Source: Neocallimastix sp. 'constans'
Taxonomy: Eukaryota
DNA length: 64,000 nucleotides
Reading direction: 5' to 3'
Assembly: GCA_050613775.1 (NCBI GenBank)
Contig: JBODTK010000001.1
Location: forward strand, 2,046,001-2,110,000
Shown: piece by piece, positions 1 to 15,167 of the stretch
Layout of the letters: each line of letters starts with the position of its first letter
How positions within the stretch are numbered: position 1 is the first letter of the stretch
Program-made: the position numbers and the translations under genes
The notes under the pieces: generated by a model
Database searches by the model: none
Told to the model about the DNA's origin: nothing
The model's input: only the letters and a program-made list of their open reading frames with translations

Positions 1-1131
1 TTAAATCATATAATTATTATATGATTTAAATAAAGAATAAAAAAGTAACTAATGGATTGACTTTTTTTTTTTTATAATTTAAGTGCTTAATAAATAATTA
101 AATAATGTTTATATCTAATAAAAATTATAATTTTAATAACTATTATTTATAATAATATTATTAATTATGGTAATAATTATTATCACAGTAATTTCTTATT
201 ATCATAATAATAATCTCAAAGCTTTTAACAACTATTCCATTATTATTATTTTATTGACTGTACATACCGTAAATATATTTTTACAATATTACTTTTTTTA
301 AAATATTATTGGTTAAAAATTATTACTATTATAATTTTTAAACTATTTTTTGATTTTTTGGTATACATTATGAATATCTCTTAAGTTTTCATTGTTAAAT
401 ATAATCTTTTTTTTTTAATTTATTTATTATAAATATAATAATATAATAAATAAGAAAAGGCTTCAATAAATTCTTTAAGACAAGATAAAACATTATTAAT
501 GAAAGTTAACACCATAAATTAAAGATTAAAAAGAATAATAATAAAAATAAAAAATTAAAAATATTAATAAAAATGACCAAGAAAAAAAAATATTTTTAAT
601 TATTATCATTTAATATTTAATATTATTTTTTTAATTATTTATTTTTAATTTTTAATTCTATTTAATGTTTAATAATTTATTATTTAAAATTAAATTTTTA
701 ATTATTATTTTACAAAAGTTTAAAAATTATCCATTTTTATATTTAATATTTTATATCAAATTTGAAGGGTTGTACAATTATTTTGTGTAATAGATAAATA
801 TTATCAAATGTTTTATTGGTAATTATTAATATATATATATGTTATGTGAGATTAATATATATATAAATTTATTTAATGAATTTTTTTTTTTTTTTTTAGT
901 AAATTCTATTTTTATTTTTATATTATTATTATTTTATAATAATACATATATATAAATAAAATTAGTGATTTAATGTTATAAAGTTGATTTTAATTATTTA
1001 TTATTATCCTTCACTATTCTATTCATGAAAATAAAAATAAATATATATTATATATATATATATATAATTTTTTTTTTCGGTTTTTATAAAAATAATTCAC
1101 AATATAAAAATTTTACTGTATAAACTTTTGA

Positions 1132-1177
<46 letters not shown>

Positions 1178-4100
1178 TTAATTATTTTTATTTAGGAATG
1201 TTTTGAATATTTTAGTATTTATTCTTTTATTATCGATAAAAAGAGTGATAATAATTATTATTATTTTCAGAATTAAAATTATTACTAACCATGAGTTAAG
1301 AAAAGAAATGAAATAAAAAAATTTTTTTTTGAAATAAAAATTGTGGAGGTTAATTGAAACCATAATTCTTTAAAATATTTATAAACTAAATAACTTTTCT
1401 TTTCATATAACATATACATAATAATATATATTCGAAATAAACCTTACAGTATGTATTAAACATACATTTTTATCTCTTTGTTTCATTATTTCTTTAAAAT
1501 ATTAGGTGTATCATAATAATAACGAAAGAATAAAAAATTTTAATTATTGAATAGTTTTTATAATTTATACACCTTTTTTTTTAAAAAGTAATTCAATAAT
1601 ATATGAAATGTTAATTAAAGTCTACTTTTTATACAGTAAAATAAAGTAAATCAAAATAAAATAAATTTAATAGGTTAAAATTTTATGTTTGTAACATTAT
1701 CTTATTATTATCTTATTATTTTATTAATTATTAATTTGTTTTATTTTTAATAAAAATGATTTTAATGTAAAAGTAAATTTCATTTATTTTTATATTAAGA
1801 AATAGTAATAATAAATGATAAAATATAATTAATATTAATTAATATATATTAGAATATATTTATAATATATAGTAAATAATATTCCAGTATAAAATGTCAT
1901 TTAATATATTGGAATCCGAACTTTTAATTAAATTTTAATTTTTCATAGTTAATAATATGAAATGTTTTTTTTTTTTTTTACCATTTTCATGTATATAATA
2001 TATTTATTTTTACACTTTTATATATATAAATAATCAAATATTATATTTATTAATATTTATATATATTTATTATAATCCTGTCCTTTTAAATCTTTCTTAT
2101 TTAAATTGCACTTAAAAAGTTAATTTAATTCAATAAAATTCATTAAATTATGCCTTTCAATCAGTAATTGGAATGATGATGAATTAATATTTAAATATAA
2201 TATTTATGAAATGAAATGAGAAGAGAAGAGATGAAATATAATGAGATACAGGTTAAACTTTTTTTTTTTTCATTTTTATAAGTCCTATATATAATTTTTA
2301 AACCTATTTAAATTATTTATATATTTTATTTATATATAAATAAGAAAAAAAACTAATAATTAAAAAAAGCATATTTATATATTTATTAAAAAAAACATAT
2401 ATATATTTATTAAATAAATATATATTAGAAAATTTAATTTATTATCATATTATACCGACATTTGTTATAAATCATTAATATTTAAATAATAATAATAAAA
2501 ATCCAATAATATTCAAATTAAAGTATCACAAAACATTTCATTGTATACGTTCTTGTTAAACTCAAATCATTTTTAAAACTGAAAAATAATAAAAATTGAA
2601 CAGTTTATTTCAAAATGTTATATATATTATTAATACATTTATATTATATATTATATTATAAATGCAACATATATTATAATATATTGTTTTATGATTTTTG
2701 GTTTACTGACTTCTTTTGTAAATTATTAATTTTTTTTTAAAACAGCCATATATTAAAAAAGAAATGTATATATCATTATTTACAAATATATTAATAATAT
2801 ATTTTGTAAATTTCATAGAATAGATATAATTATTATTCATAAATTAATTAAAATTTAAACTTTTATTATTTAATAGAGTTTAGTAAAGTTTATTTTATAT
2901 ATTGATTATTTCAAGTAAAATATGATTTATATACAATAAGAGATAGTAATATTATTATGAATATTATTTTGAAAGGATTTATATTAACATTTATTACAAT
3001 TTGTTATTGCTTCTTTTTATATATATTAATGAATTATTATATTATTTTTTTTTATTTGAAAAAATATATATAATATATGGTAATATATAATAATACTTAT
3101 AATTTATTTTATATTAAAGATTTTTTTTTTAGAAAAAATAAAAAAAGTATATAAATAATAATATTCTTCATTTTTTTTGTATTTTTTTTTTTTTTTTTCT
3201 TTTGAAATTAATTATTTATTTTCTTTGAATATTAAAAAGAAAATAAATAAAAATAATAAATAAATAAAAAATAAAAAAAAAAAAGAAAGAAAACAAAGAA
3301 TTATTTTATTAAAAAAAGAATTTTTTTTTAAATATGTCTTAATACATAATTTTTATTCGATTTATTTTATATCCAAATATATTTTATGTTTATTAAATTA
3401 TTTAAATATTTATCTTTAGAAGATATTTGAAATATTTTTTCGTTTTTAAATAAAAATTTAGTAAATATTAATTATTTAAAATTTAGTTGTTGAATAATTT
3501 CATATATCTTCTATTAATTAATATTTAAAAAAAATTAAATGTAAATTATATTATTTAAAACACAATAATACATACTTTTATTATCATAAATTATAGAATA
3601 CATGTATATATAGTAGAACATAACCTATAAATATATATATAAATAAAATAAAAATTATAAGTTTTATAAAAATATTTAATTAAATAAAATATTTAAAAAT
3701 ACTTCAAAAATCAAAAATAACACAAAAAAATAAAATTAAAATTATTAGTAAAATATATAATAAATAAAAATTAAAAAAAAAAAAAAAAACATATAAATAT
3801 AAGAAATATCATATAATATAAATGAAAAAATATTATAAAACATAAACGTAAATTTAATACCTGAAATATTTTTATAACAAAAAATAATTATTTTTTATTT
3901 AAGGAAAAAAAAATAAAATAAAAAACTTATTATTTTATTAAATAAATATTTCAATACCTTATAATTATATTATAATTATCAACTATTTGATAAAGAATAA
4001 AGTTTAATCTTCATTAAAACATTTTAAACATTCAATTAATTATTTAAAGAAAAATAAATTGGATACCAGAAATAGATATAATTAATATTTTGTAAAAAAA

Positions 4101-4391
4101 AATATTCTAAATTAAAAAAATTATTATTCTCAAATAATAAATTTTATTTATAATATTGTATATTCATACATTTCAAATTAAAAAACATATATAAACCTCT
4201 ATATATTATATTATATTTTGTAAGTATTTACATTTATTTATTTATACAATATATGAATATTTATATAAACAAAAGTTAAAAAAAAAAATAAATTATTTTT
4301 AAGGTAAATAAAAATACTAACTTTTATTTTTTATTTAAAAAAATATAAATAAATATTTAGATACAATAAATTTATGTACTAATAAATCAAA

Positions 4392-5756
4392 ATGTATACA
4401 TCATACGTTAAAAAATCAATATTAATTTTTCTTATATTATATATATTTAAAGTAAATACTTTATATATACGACAATATAAAAATCCTAATCTTGCGGATA
4501 GTAAATATGTAGAAAGTGAAAATAATTCTAATTCAAATTCAACAGTAACGACAGCATCAAATTCTGAAAAAACTATTGTTGAAACTAAGACTAAAGAGGT
4601 TTTGACAACTACAACTGAATTACCCAAACAAACTCTAGGGGTTGTAGATAATAAAGTTAAAGTAACAGAAGTTAAACATGCAAAAGAAACTGTAAAGGTT
4701 AATAGTACAAATACAAACAAACAGAGAGAAACAAAAACTATGAGTGAAAACCCAACTAACACAGCTGATAATTATTTAATTGATTCTCAACCAGTAGATA
4801 ACAGTAATAATCGTTTCCAGAATTTACCTGAAACAGAGGTACTACCTGAAACAGAAACCGATCAAAATGATGATGCCACGAATTCAGATAAGAATCGTAT
4901 GATGACCACTTCAATTCTTGCTGTTGTTGGATTTTGTGCTGTTGGTTTAATTGCTGTATCTGGTTATAGAGTAGTTAAAAAAAGATCATCTAAAGGTATG
5001 AAATCAAGTTATTTCTATAGTTCAACTAATAATTCAAGTTATACCTATCCATCTTCCTTAATGGAATCTGGAAATAAGAGATCTTCATTAGTAAATTCTT
5101 TAATTAATGAAGATGTAGATCAAAATAAAATCAATTCTTACATTAATGTACCATATTCAAATAATAAAATGTTACAGAATGATACCAATTTTGAAAAAAT
5201 TGGAGATCTTGGACCAAAAATGGAAGTAACTATTGATAGTAAATCAAATTTGAATAATAAGAATGAAGAAAAGAGAGAAGTGCGCAAATCGGTTATCTCA
5301 GTTAAAAGAAGTTCAATTTCTTCTGTTACTACAGTAAGTAGAAATTCTATCATTCGTCATAGTTTTCTTAATCCAGATCTTAATATAGTAAGAACTAGTA
5401 AACGTACTCAACAATTATATGAAGCTACTAATGATCATCCTGCAATTATTGAAACATTCCCATCTCTTGAAAGACCATTTGTACCTGCTGTACCAATTCC
5501 ATTAGAAGAAAGTGACATTAATAGTCTTCATCCACATTCTATCTATCAAACCTATCAAGATGATATGGAATATGAAAATTATTATGCTTATACAATTGAA
5601 GATAAAGAATATATTATCGATCCTTCTACTAATCGTGTATTAGAAATTCATGATTTAAATACTGATGAATATATGTTAGTAGAGGAAGATTTATATTTAG
5701 ATTTTAGTGGATCAGATGATTCTGATACTAACTCTGAACAACAAGAAACATTGTAA
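4392..5756 (+). CDS. Single-exon predicted type I membrane protein (signal peptide, Thr/Ser/Asn-rich ectodomain, one TM helix, Ser-rich cytoplasmic tail); function unknown
   Basis: 454-aa ORF, clearly higher GC than flanks. Hydrophobic N-terminus (SILIFLILYIF). TM segment ILAVVGFCAVGLIAVSGY followed by basic RVVKKR. Confidence 0.8.
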   Translation: MYTSYVKKSILIFLILYIFKVNTLYIRQYKNPNLADSKYVESENNSNSNSTVTTASNSEKTIVETKTKEVLTTTTELPKQTLGVVDNKVKVTEVKHAKETVKVNSTNTNKQRETKTMSENPTNTADNYLIDSQPVDNSNNRFQNLPETEVLPETETDQNDDATNSDKNRMMTTSILAVVGFCAVGLIAVSGYRVVKKRSSKGMKSSYFYSSTNNSSYTYPSSLMESGNKRSSLVNSLINEDVDQNKINSYINVPYSNNKMLQNDTNFEKIGDLGPKMEVTIDSKSNLNNKNEEKREVRKSVISVKRSSISSVTTVSRNSIIRHSFLNPDLNIVRTSKRTQQLYEATNDHPAIIETFPSLERPFVPAVPIPLEESDINSLHPHSIYQTYQDDMEYENYYAYTIEDKEYIIDPSTNRVLEIHDLNTDEYMLVEEDLYLDFSGSDDSDTNSEQQETL

Positions 5757-6453
5757 TTTTAGGATTGTTTATTTTATTATTATTTTTTTATAAACTTTTT
5801 ATATATATATATATAAATATTTTTTGTAGTAAAAAGATTATATAATAGTTGTTTTACCCCGTATTTATAGATGAATTATTTTTTTTTTTTATTTTTTATT
5901 ATATATATAAGAATAAAAAAAAAATAATAAATTGTATATCCTAGTTTTTCTTTTATTTAGTACCTTTTTTTTTTTTTTTTTTTTAAATAGTTTTTACATA
6001 TAAAATTTTAATATTATATGTAATGAAACTAATAATGAAAACTAATATTATATTTCTTATTAAATATTGTATGTAAAATAAAAATAAAATAGAGGTAGTA
6101 ATTAAATAAATATATATTTTGTTTTTCATATTTAAATATATATATGTATATATATTTATTATTATAATTTATTCGTTCTTTTTTTTTACAAAAAAAAAAA
6201 AAAAAAAAAAAAAAATGAAAAAATGAAAAAATGAAAAAAAAAATTGTATAATTTTCAATAGTACAATAAGAACTAAAATAAGAATTTTTTTAAAATGATT
6301 AAAAATAATATTATTATTATAGTAAGAATTGATTACGAAATGGGGAAACTAAACAGAATATATATATGTAGGGACTACAAAAAATAAATTTGAGTTAATA
6401 AAAGCGAAAATTTAGATATATTTTTATATATATATAAAAATAATTTATAAAAA

Positions 6454-6484
<31 letters not shown>

Positions 6485-6501
6485 TAAAGAAAATAAAACA
6501 G

Positions 6502-6544
<43 letters not shown>

Positions 6545-6555
6545 AATGGAAGGAA

Positions 6556-6591
<36 letters not shown>

Positions 6592-6904
6592 TTAATAAAT
6601 AAAAAAATAAATAATAAAATAATAATAATAATGATAATAATAATAATAAAAAAAGAAAAAATAAAAGAAAAAACAAAAAAAGAAACAAAAAAAAGAAACA
6701 AAAAAAAGAAAAATAAAATAAAAAGATTAAGAATAAAAAAAAAATAATAAAGAAAAATAAAAAATAAAAAAATAAAAAAAAAAAAGATTAGAAATAAAAG
6801 AATTAAAAAAAAAAAAAAAAATTTGAACTAAAAAAAAATAAAAAAAAAAAAAAAAAAAAAATGAAATCCCGTCCCCTCGAAATTTTTTTAATGTATTTTA
6901 ATGT

Positions 6905-7556
<652 letters not shown>

Positions 7557-8175
7557 TGATACGATATTTTATTAAATACCGTATATGTTAGTTGGGCGTT
7601 TGTGCAAAAGGGAATTACTCCAAGAATATTATATTACAATAATTATATTTACTTTTTATTTATTTATCTTTTATTATTTTATTTATTATATTTTATCATA
7701 AAAAAAAATACATGTTTTATTATTATTCCTTAAAAAAAAAAAAAAAATATTTATTTATAAATTATTTTCATAATTATATTTTTTACTAATTTTATAAATT
7801 TTATTTATCGAAACACTAAAATTAATTAATAAATATAAATATTCATAACTTTTTTACTTATAACTATTAATTCATATTGTTTAACATTATTTAAAAATTA
7901 TTTTAATATTAACATCAATTTAATTAAACATTCAATCTCCGTTATAATTAATATAACTAATTTTACTATATTATCAACAATTCTTTTAATATTTTTAATA
8001 TTATTATTTAATTTAATATTTTAATAATTAATAATAATAAATTATCTTTAATAATATATTAATAATATATTTTAAGATTCATTATATAAAATTAATTTTT
8101 AATAAATATTTATATTAATAATTTTTCTAAATAATTTTTCTATTATTTTCTATTATTTTTACTGGACATGCATCA
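7557..8175 (-). repeat. E1 3' LTR (619 bp)
   Basis: tgatacgata...catgcatca, repeated at 16037-16655. Confidence 0.96.
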
Positions 8176-8180
8176 AGATG

Positions 8181-8215
8181 CCCCCACTTAGCTTAGACTT
8201 CGTCCCTTGAAGTCT
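8181..8215 (-). promoter_or_regulatory. E1 polypurine tract and preceding hairpin
   Basis: Minus strand TAGACTTC-aagggac-GAAGTCTA hairpin, then AAGTGGGGG 5 nt before the 3' LTR. Confidence 0.7.
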
Positions 8216-8347
8216 ATAAGCATATTAAAATATTTATTAAACTAATAATACTATTATATATTTTATAATATTTTTTTTATATTTTTTTTTTTTTATATTT
8301 TTTATATATATCAAAATTTTTTTTTTTTTTTTTTATATATATATCAT

Positions 8348-8391
<44 letters not shown>

Positions 8392-8396
<5 letters not shown>

Positions 8397-11300
8397 GATT
8401 ATAATTTAGGAAATTACTAATATATGGAATTACATTTTTTAGATGAATGTTTCTCTCTGCAATTTCGTTCGTATAAGGATCACATACTGTGACAGTATTA
8501 AATTGCTGTTTAACTATTTTTAATGGTCCGATATAATAAGGGTCTAGTTTCCTTCGATTGAAATTTCTAACTAAAACTAGGTCTCCTAGTTTGAATTCAC
8601 TTCTTAATCTTTTAATCTGTCTTCTCCTATCTTTCCATAATTCATTTGCAGTTTCAATATTTTTGATTGCTTCAGAAATCCAATTATGGTGATTAATAAA
8701 TTTTCGAACAAAATATTCTTCTTCTGATTCTTCAGGAAATCTTTTGTCAATATTAATTGCTAATTCAAATGGTTGTAAGTCTTTCCTACCATAGAGTAAT
8801 TCGAAACTACTAAATTTAGTAACTTCATTTTTTGTTGTTCTTAAAGCCCAAAGTGCACTAGGTAAAATATCATCCCATTCTTGATTTTGTTTACTTAATT
8901 CTTTAAATTGGCTTTTAAGAATTCTAATATATTTGACTATTTCTCTATTCCTGTTTTCAACTTCTCCGTTAGAAGCAGGATGATAAGTACTAATATAATG
9001 TACATAGACATCATTTAAATCTAGGAAAGCTTTTGTTTTATCAGATATGAATTGCGGGCCATTATCAGTAATTAATATCTCTGGAATCCCGTGTCTTGAA
9101 AATATATTATTTAAAAATCTAATGACATCTTCTGATTCTGTTTTGGCTAATGCTTCAGCTTCCACCCATTTTGTTAAATAATCTACAAGTACTATTATAT
9201 ATTTATTACCTCTGAAAGATTCGTATAAGGGTCCAACTAAATCCAATCCTACCCGAGTAAAAGGTAGACCTGGGGGTGTAGCTAAATCTTCTGTAAATAC
9301 ATTCGGTGGTTGTGGTTTACATAATTGACATACATGACAAGATTTAATAAATAATCTGATATCCTTATTCATTCCTATCCAATAATAGTTTCTTTTCAAA
9401 CGATGGTAGGTTTTAAAGTTACCTTCATGTCCTAAACAATGAGCTTTACTAATAAGTTCCCATTTTTCATTATCATTAAATATTACTTTTCTTAATTCAT
9501 TATTATCTTTATAATACTGAACTCCATCAATTAATACAAATTTCTGGTTTATTATTTTTTTATAGAAATCATTTAGTATTTCAGTACTATCATCAATATC
9601 ATTATTATTAGTATTAACATGATTAATATTATTATTATTATTATCATTATTATTAAAACTATGTTTATTATTTTCTTCAGTTTGAAATACCATATAATTC
9701 ACATTCAATTTATTTTCCACTCCATTATTTTCACTATTATTATTATGTAATTTATTATTAAACTTATTAATGTTATTTACATTATTTTTAATTTCCTCAT
9801 ATTCCATTTTGTAATTTTCATTATTACTATTGATCTTAATTTCATCCACTAACTCTTTTATTTTATTAATTTTAGTATTTTTCTTATTTCTAATTTCTTC
9901 ATTATTTTTAATTTCACAATTTTGAATTTCATTATTTATAACTTGGTTGAATACATCTTTATTATAATTTTTTATATTATTTCTTTTATTTTTATTTTTT
10001 ATATGTTTATCATCATTTTTTATATTTTTGATTATATATTTTTCATTGTTAGAATGTAATCTAGATAGTGCATCAGCAACTACATTCCTCCTCCCCTCTT
10101 CATATAACACTTTAACTTTTAAAATACTGAACTCAGTTATCCATTTGACATGCCTTGCTGAAGAAGGTTCTTTATTTTTAAATATGTAAACTAAAGGCTT
10201 ATGATCGGTATAAAGAATTGTCTCAAAACTATTACCAGTGAGAAAAGGTTTAAATTTCATGACACAGTAAAATGCGGCAAGCCCCTCAAGTTCTGTAATG
10301 CTATAATTGATTTCAGAATTGGAAAGTGTCCTACTTTCATAATATAATGGCTTCTCAATGTTGTCATCGTCTAACTGAAGTAGTACCCCGCCAATTCCTG
10401 ATTTAGATGCATCTGAACGAACGATAAATGGTTTATCAAAATTTGGAGGTGACAATATAGGTGCATTAATAAGACGAATTTTTAAAAATTCAAATGCATT
10501 ATTAGATTCGGTAGACCAAACAAAAGGAACATTCTTTTTTGTTAAATCATATAAAGGTTTAGCAATTTGGGCAAAATGGCTAATGAATTTCCGGTAATAT
10601 CCAATTGCCCCTAAGAAAGAACGTAACTGTTTTAAATTAGAAGGAGGTAACCAATTAGCAATAACTTTTATTTTAGAATTCATAGGTTTTATACCCTTAG
10701 TAGAAAGAGTATGACCAAGGAGCTCAACTTCTTCTTTAAAGAAATCACATTTTTCAAAATTCACTTTTAATCCATTATTAGCAAGAATGAGGAATACTTT
10801 TTCTAGGTCTTTGATGTGTTGATCTAATGAAGGAGAATAAATAACTAAGTCATCTATGTAAATAAAAACACATACTCCGATTAAATCAAAAAATATTCTG
10901 TTCATCTCCCTTTGAAAAGTAGCGGGAGCGTTGCATAGTCCAAAAGGCATAACTTCAAAATTAAAGTTTCCGTAAATGGTCGTAAAGCAAGTGATATCTT
11001 TATCATCAGAATGCATAGGAATCTGATGGTACCCTGAGAAGAGATCAATAGTAGACAAAATAGAAATATCACCGCTAACATAGTAAAGTATATCATCTAT
11101 TAAAGGAAGTGCATAAGCGTCCTTTAATGTACAATTATTAATCTTCCTGTAGTCAACACACATTCTCACTTGACCATTCTTTTTCGGTACCAGTACTACA
11201 GGAGAAGACCAAGGAGAACTAGAAGGGACAATTAAGTTATTATTTATAAGTTTAATTAATTCCTTTTTAAGTGCATCAGCTTGCACTTTTGAAATACGGT

Positions 11301-13669
11301 AGGCCCTCTGTTTAATAGGTGTTGTTCCTGGTATTAAATTAATTCTATGAGGATATAGCTTTGACGAACCCAAATCGTCAGTTTTCAGTGCAAGAACACT
11401 AATATAATTTAAAAATAATTTTTCTACATCAGCTTTCAAATTTTCTGGTAATTTTTTTACAATAGAGTGAATCATTTCCAGTTTAGATATTGTGTCGTCT
11501 GTGCAAACCTCGTTTTCATTATGTAGTACTTCATTAGTTATTAATAAAAGAGATGGAATCAATTGTGTTGTAATATCAACCGTTTTATTCTTATATTCTT
11601 TCCTTTCAATATTTCTATCTACTAATTTATAATTACTATTTAATTTGTTATTGCCGTTTTGATCAGAATCGATTTTTGATGGAAGTTTAGAATGTAGTAT
11701 GGGATTTATATTGTTTGTAACTTTAGAATTAATTTTATGATCATTTATTTTATAATTGTCAATTTTATCATCATTCTTATTATTATTCGTTTTTATTTTG
11801 ATATTATTTTCTTTATCGATGTCGACACTATTAAAGAAAGGTAATTTTACATTAAAATTATTTATGTTAATATTAGGCAACTCTGATTTAGCATATGTAA
11901 AAAGTATATTATTATTATCATTATTATTATCATTGTCACTCCAACTAGTTTCAGAATCCTCATCATTCTCTTCAGAAGAATTATTATTTATATTATTCTC
12001 CTTATTCATATTATTTTCTTCGTCATTAATTCTATTTGTACTTTCAGAAGGACTCAAGCTAACATCATAAAATAAAGAAGCTAATTCTATAGGATTATTA
12101 TTTTCATCAATATGATATAAGGTATCATTAACTAAATTTATATCAAATCTATTTCGTTTAAGTGTGTCAATACCTATTAATATATCAAAGATATCATCCT
12201 TATCAATTTTCCTAAAGTAATCGATAAAAGTGTAATTTCCAATAGATATTTTTAGTTCATAAATATCTGAACAAGTTGAATTGTTGGAATATACCTGAAA
12301 AATTTTTTCGGATATTCTCCCAATAGGATTTTTATTAATTTTAAATTTTTTTAAAGCCGTAGTGGTAATCAAATTAACGCTAGCACACGAGTCCAAGAAA
12401 ATTTCAGCTGGTTTCTTATCCACAGTGCCTTTAACTTTAATCACTTTATGTTGGCTTATAATTGTCATTACATTTATTAAAGATGTATTCAAATTTTTCT
12501 TTATTTTCTCTTTTCCTTCGGTTAATTTTAATGCTTTTGTAAATTCTGACCTGAACTTTGGAAACAGGTCTAACAAATATACTAACTTCGTTATGACTTC
12601 GGTTGATGCTACTTCCTTGATAAAGTCCTTAATTTTAAATTCATTAAAATCTTCCATCATTTTTATGTGTTTCTCTGGCTTGGAATAACTTTTAACATTG
12701 ATGGGTATATCATCTTTGTTACTGCTCAGTATTTCATTTATTTTATTCAATTTATTCGCTTTTTTTACATTTCTAATATTTGGTTGATTGATATAAGAAA
12801 GATCCAAATATTCTAATTTATTTGTATTATTATTAGTTATTGTTTGATTAGTTGGTGGTTGTGAATCCTCAAAAATTTCAATAGATTCATTGAAAGTAAC
12901 ATTTTTATGATCTTTATTTTCTTTAAATTCTTTACCTTCTTCTTTTTCTGTTGATAGTTTGACATTCGTTCCTCCCTCATCTATTATCATATCAGGTGTT
13001 CCTGTAGTTGCTAATTTATTAACGTTTAATTTTCTTTTCATAATAGTATTTTTCTTCATAGCATTTGTAATAATTGGAACTGGATTATCTATAAGCTTTT
13101 TCTTTATTTCTTTGGTATATGGGGAGATTTTTATTGAATTATTTTTACCTTTCTTTTGGGCAACAGCGATAATTTCCTCATTATGGTAATTATCAAAATT
13201 ATTATAAATATTATTTGAATTAGGTTCATTATTAATTTTCTTTTCATTATCATTTATAGAAATTCTATTTAAATCAATTTCATTGTTACTTTGATCATCA
13301 TTATTATTTTTATAAGTATTATTTATATTAACATCATTGTTAACTTGTTTATTAATAGTGTCATTTTCATAGATGTTGTTATGATTACTATTATTTAATT
13401 TATAACCGTTACTAGTATTCTTACTAAGATATTCTATATTATTTAAGTTATTATTATTATTATTATTGGAATAAATATTATCAATACTTGTATGATTATC
13501 ATCAAATAAACTGTTTGTATAATTTATTTTATTATTCTTATTTAAATAATTATTGTTTATATCATAATTATGTGAATTATCATTATAAGGATATCCATTA
13601 TTTATTACATCATTATTTGAAGTTGCACTAGCATTATATGAATTATTATTATTATTATTATTATTATGT

Positions 13670-13700
<31 letters not shown>

Positions 13701-13872
13701 AATTATTATCATTAGTATTATTATAATTATTTTTTATTTTCATAGTATTATTATTTAACTTGGGAGAGTATGTTAAATTTACATATTCTTCATTAATACT
13801 ATTATTTTTATTATAAGTTTGAAGTTTGGTTTGGTTAACGGGAGTTGTCCTTCTCCCATTATTTAGTTTAAA
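8392..13872 (-). CDS. pol: E1 Pol (protease, RT, RNase H, integrase), entered by -1 frameshift from gag; first in-frame ATG at 13743
   Basis: PR IFLDSCAS. RT RMCVDYRKIN, MPFGL, YIDD. RH SDASKSGIGGVL, TDHKPL. IN HHCC (AHCLGH..CHVC), LDLVGP, TDNGPQF, GPY/F-like YIGPLKI. The frame is open back to 13872. Confidence 0.95.
13836..13872 (-). promoter_or_regulatory. -1 programmed ribosomal frameshift signal (U UUA AAC plus stem-loop)
   Basis: Slippery TTTAAAC (13872-13866) immediately before the gag stop. Hairpin TAATGGGAG/CTCCCGTTA follows. The -1 frame runs open into pol and is closed by TAA TAA just upstream of the heptamer. Confidence 0.88.
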
Positions 13873-15167
13873 TTATTAAAGCTATCTCCATTATTATTAT
13901 TATTATTTACATTAGCTTTGAAATTACTATTAATATTTGAACTAGTAGTATTAATATCCTGATTTATTCCATTAGAATTTCTATTAAAATTATTATTTCC
14001 AGTGGGAATATTATTCTCATTAAAATTATGATTATTTCTATTAGCAATATTATTTCCAGTAAATTTATTATTTTTATTAAAGTAATAATTACTACCATTA
14101 AAAGAATTATTGTAGCCATTTTTATTACTATTATTATAATAATTGTTATATTTATTACTATTATTATTATAATCAAAATTATTATTATAATTATTACCCA
14201 TATCATTATTATTCATATTATAAAGATTATTATTTCTATTACTACCATTATTTTTATTATTAGGACATTCATAAGCTTTATGTCCTACTTGTTTACATGA
14301 GTAACACATAACTGATTTTCTAGCTTTTGGTTCGTAGTTATTATAGAATCTTCTTGTATCATAAGTATTATTTTGTTGAATTTGTTCTACTCCGTGATAA
14401 TAATTATTATTATTATTAAAACTTTTATTTTTATGGTTACTATATCTACCTGGTGTAAACATTCTATTATTGGTGGAGTTTTTATTTATATAACCCATAA
14501 CATATGATGACACTTGATATGAATTATCTAAATTATTTCCATGTTCTCTTAAGCTCCTATAAATTGGATGATTTAATAAATTGTTACTATTTTTATTTAT
14601 GTTGTTTTGATATACCATAACATTCTGAGAATTTTTGTTTGTTATAGTTCGTACTTCAGCTTTTTCTGCACGTTCTGCTACTTCGAACGCTTCTGTTAAT
14701 GTTTTACAGTTGGCCAAAATTACTTGAGAATGTACATATACCCTATCATGTATAGCATTTAAATAATCATCGACACATATTAATTTTTTATATTCCAAGT
14801 CAAGTCGATGATAAAGAGTTAAATAATTATAATTAAATCCTTTAATTGTTTCATTTCTTTTTATTTTTAAGGCCTTTAAAATTGAACATTTATCATTTTG
14901 AGTAATTTCTAAATAGTCTTCAATGGCTCTCTGGATTTCTTTATATGAGGGAAACCTTTTAACATTATTTCTTGTAGTACATAAAGATTTTAAAAGGTTT
15001 TTTATGTCAGCCTCTACTGCGTTCTTTACCCAAATAAAAATTCTGTTTGGTTCCTCGATGTTGTAAATTTCCATAACATTTTTGAAATCTTCTATCCAAG
15101 AATCTATGTCCTTACCATAATTTGCTAAGTATGGTAAGTCTCTTCTAATTTTCGAAGCGTCCGCCAT
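13863..15167 (-). CDS. gag: E1 Gag with CCHC zinc knuckle and Asn-rich C-terminus
   Basis: 434-aa ORF upstream of pol with CYSCKQVGHKAYEC knuckle. Confidence 0.93.
   Translation of the reverse strand: MADASKIRRDLPYLANYGKDIDSWIEDFKNVMEIYNIEEPNRIFIWVKNAVEADIKNLLKSLCTTRNNVKRFPSYKEIQRAIEDYLEITQNDKCSILKALKIKRNETIKGFNYNYLTLYHRLDLEYKKLICVDDYLNAIHDRVYVHSQVILANCKTLTEAFEVAERAEKAEVRTITNKNSQNVMVYQNNINKNSNNLLNHPIYRSLREHGNNLDNSYQVSSYVMGYINKNSTNNRMFTPGRYSNHKNKSFNNNNNYYHGVEQIQQNNTYDTRRFYNNYEPKARKSVMCYSCKQVGHKAYECPNNKNNGSNRNNNLYNMNNNDMGNNYNNNFDYNNNSNKYNNYYNNSNKNGYNNSFNGSNYYFNKNNKFTGNNIANRNNHNFNENNIPTGNNNFNRNSNGINQDINTTSSNINSNFKANVNNNNNNGDSFNNLN

Noticed and set aside
4379..5353. Minus-strand hydrophobic ORFs
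   Set aside because: Antisense shadows of the 4392-5756 gene
6866..6882. GC-rich spot CCCGTCCCCTCGAA resembling the E1 pre-PPT motif
   Set aside because: Too short, with no adjacent LTR or coding remnant
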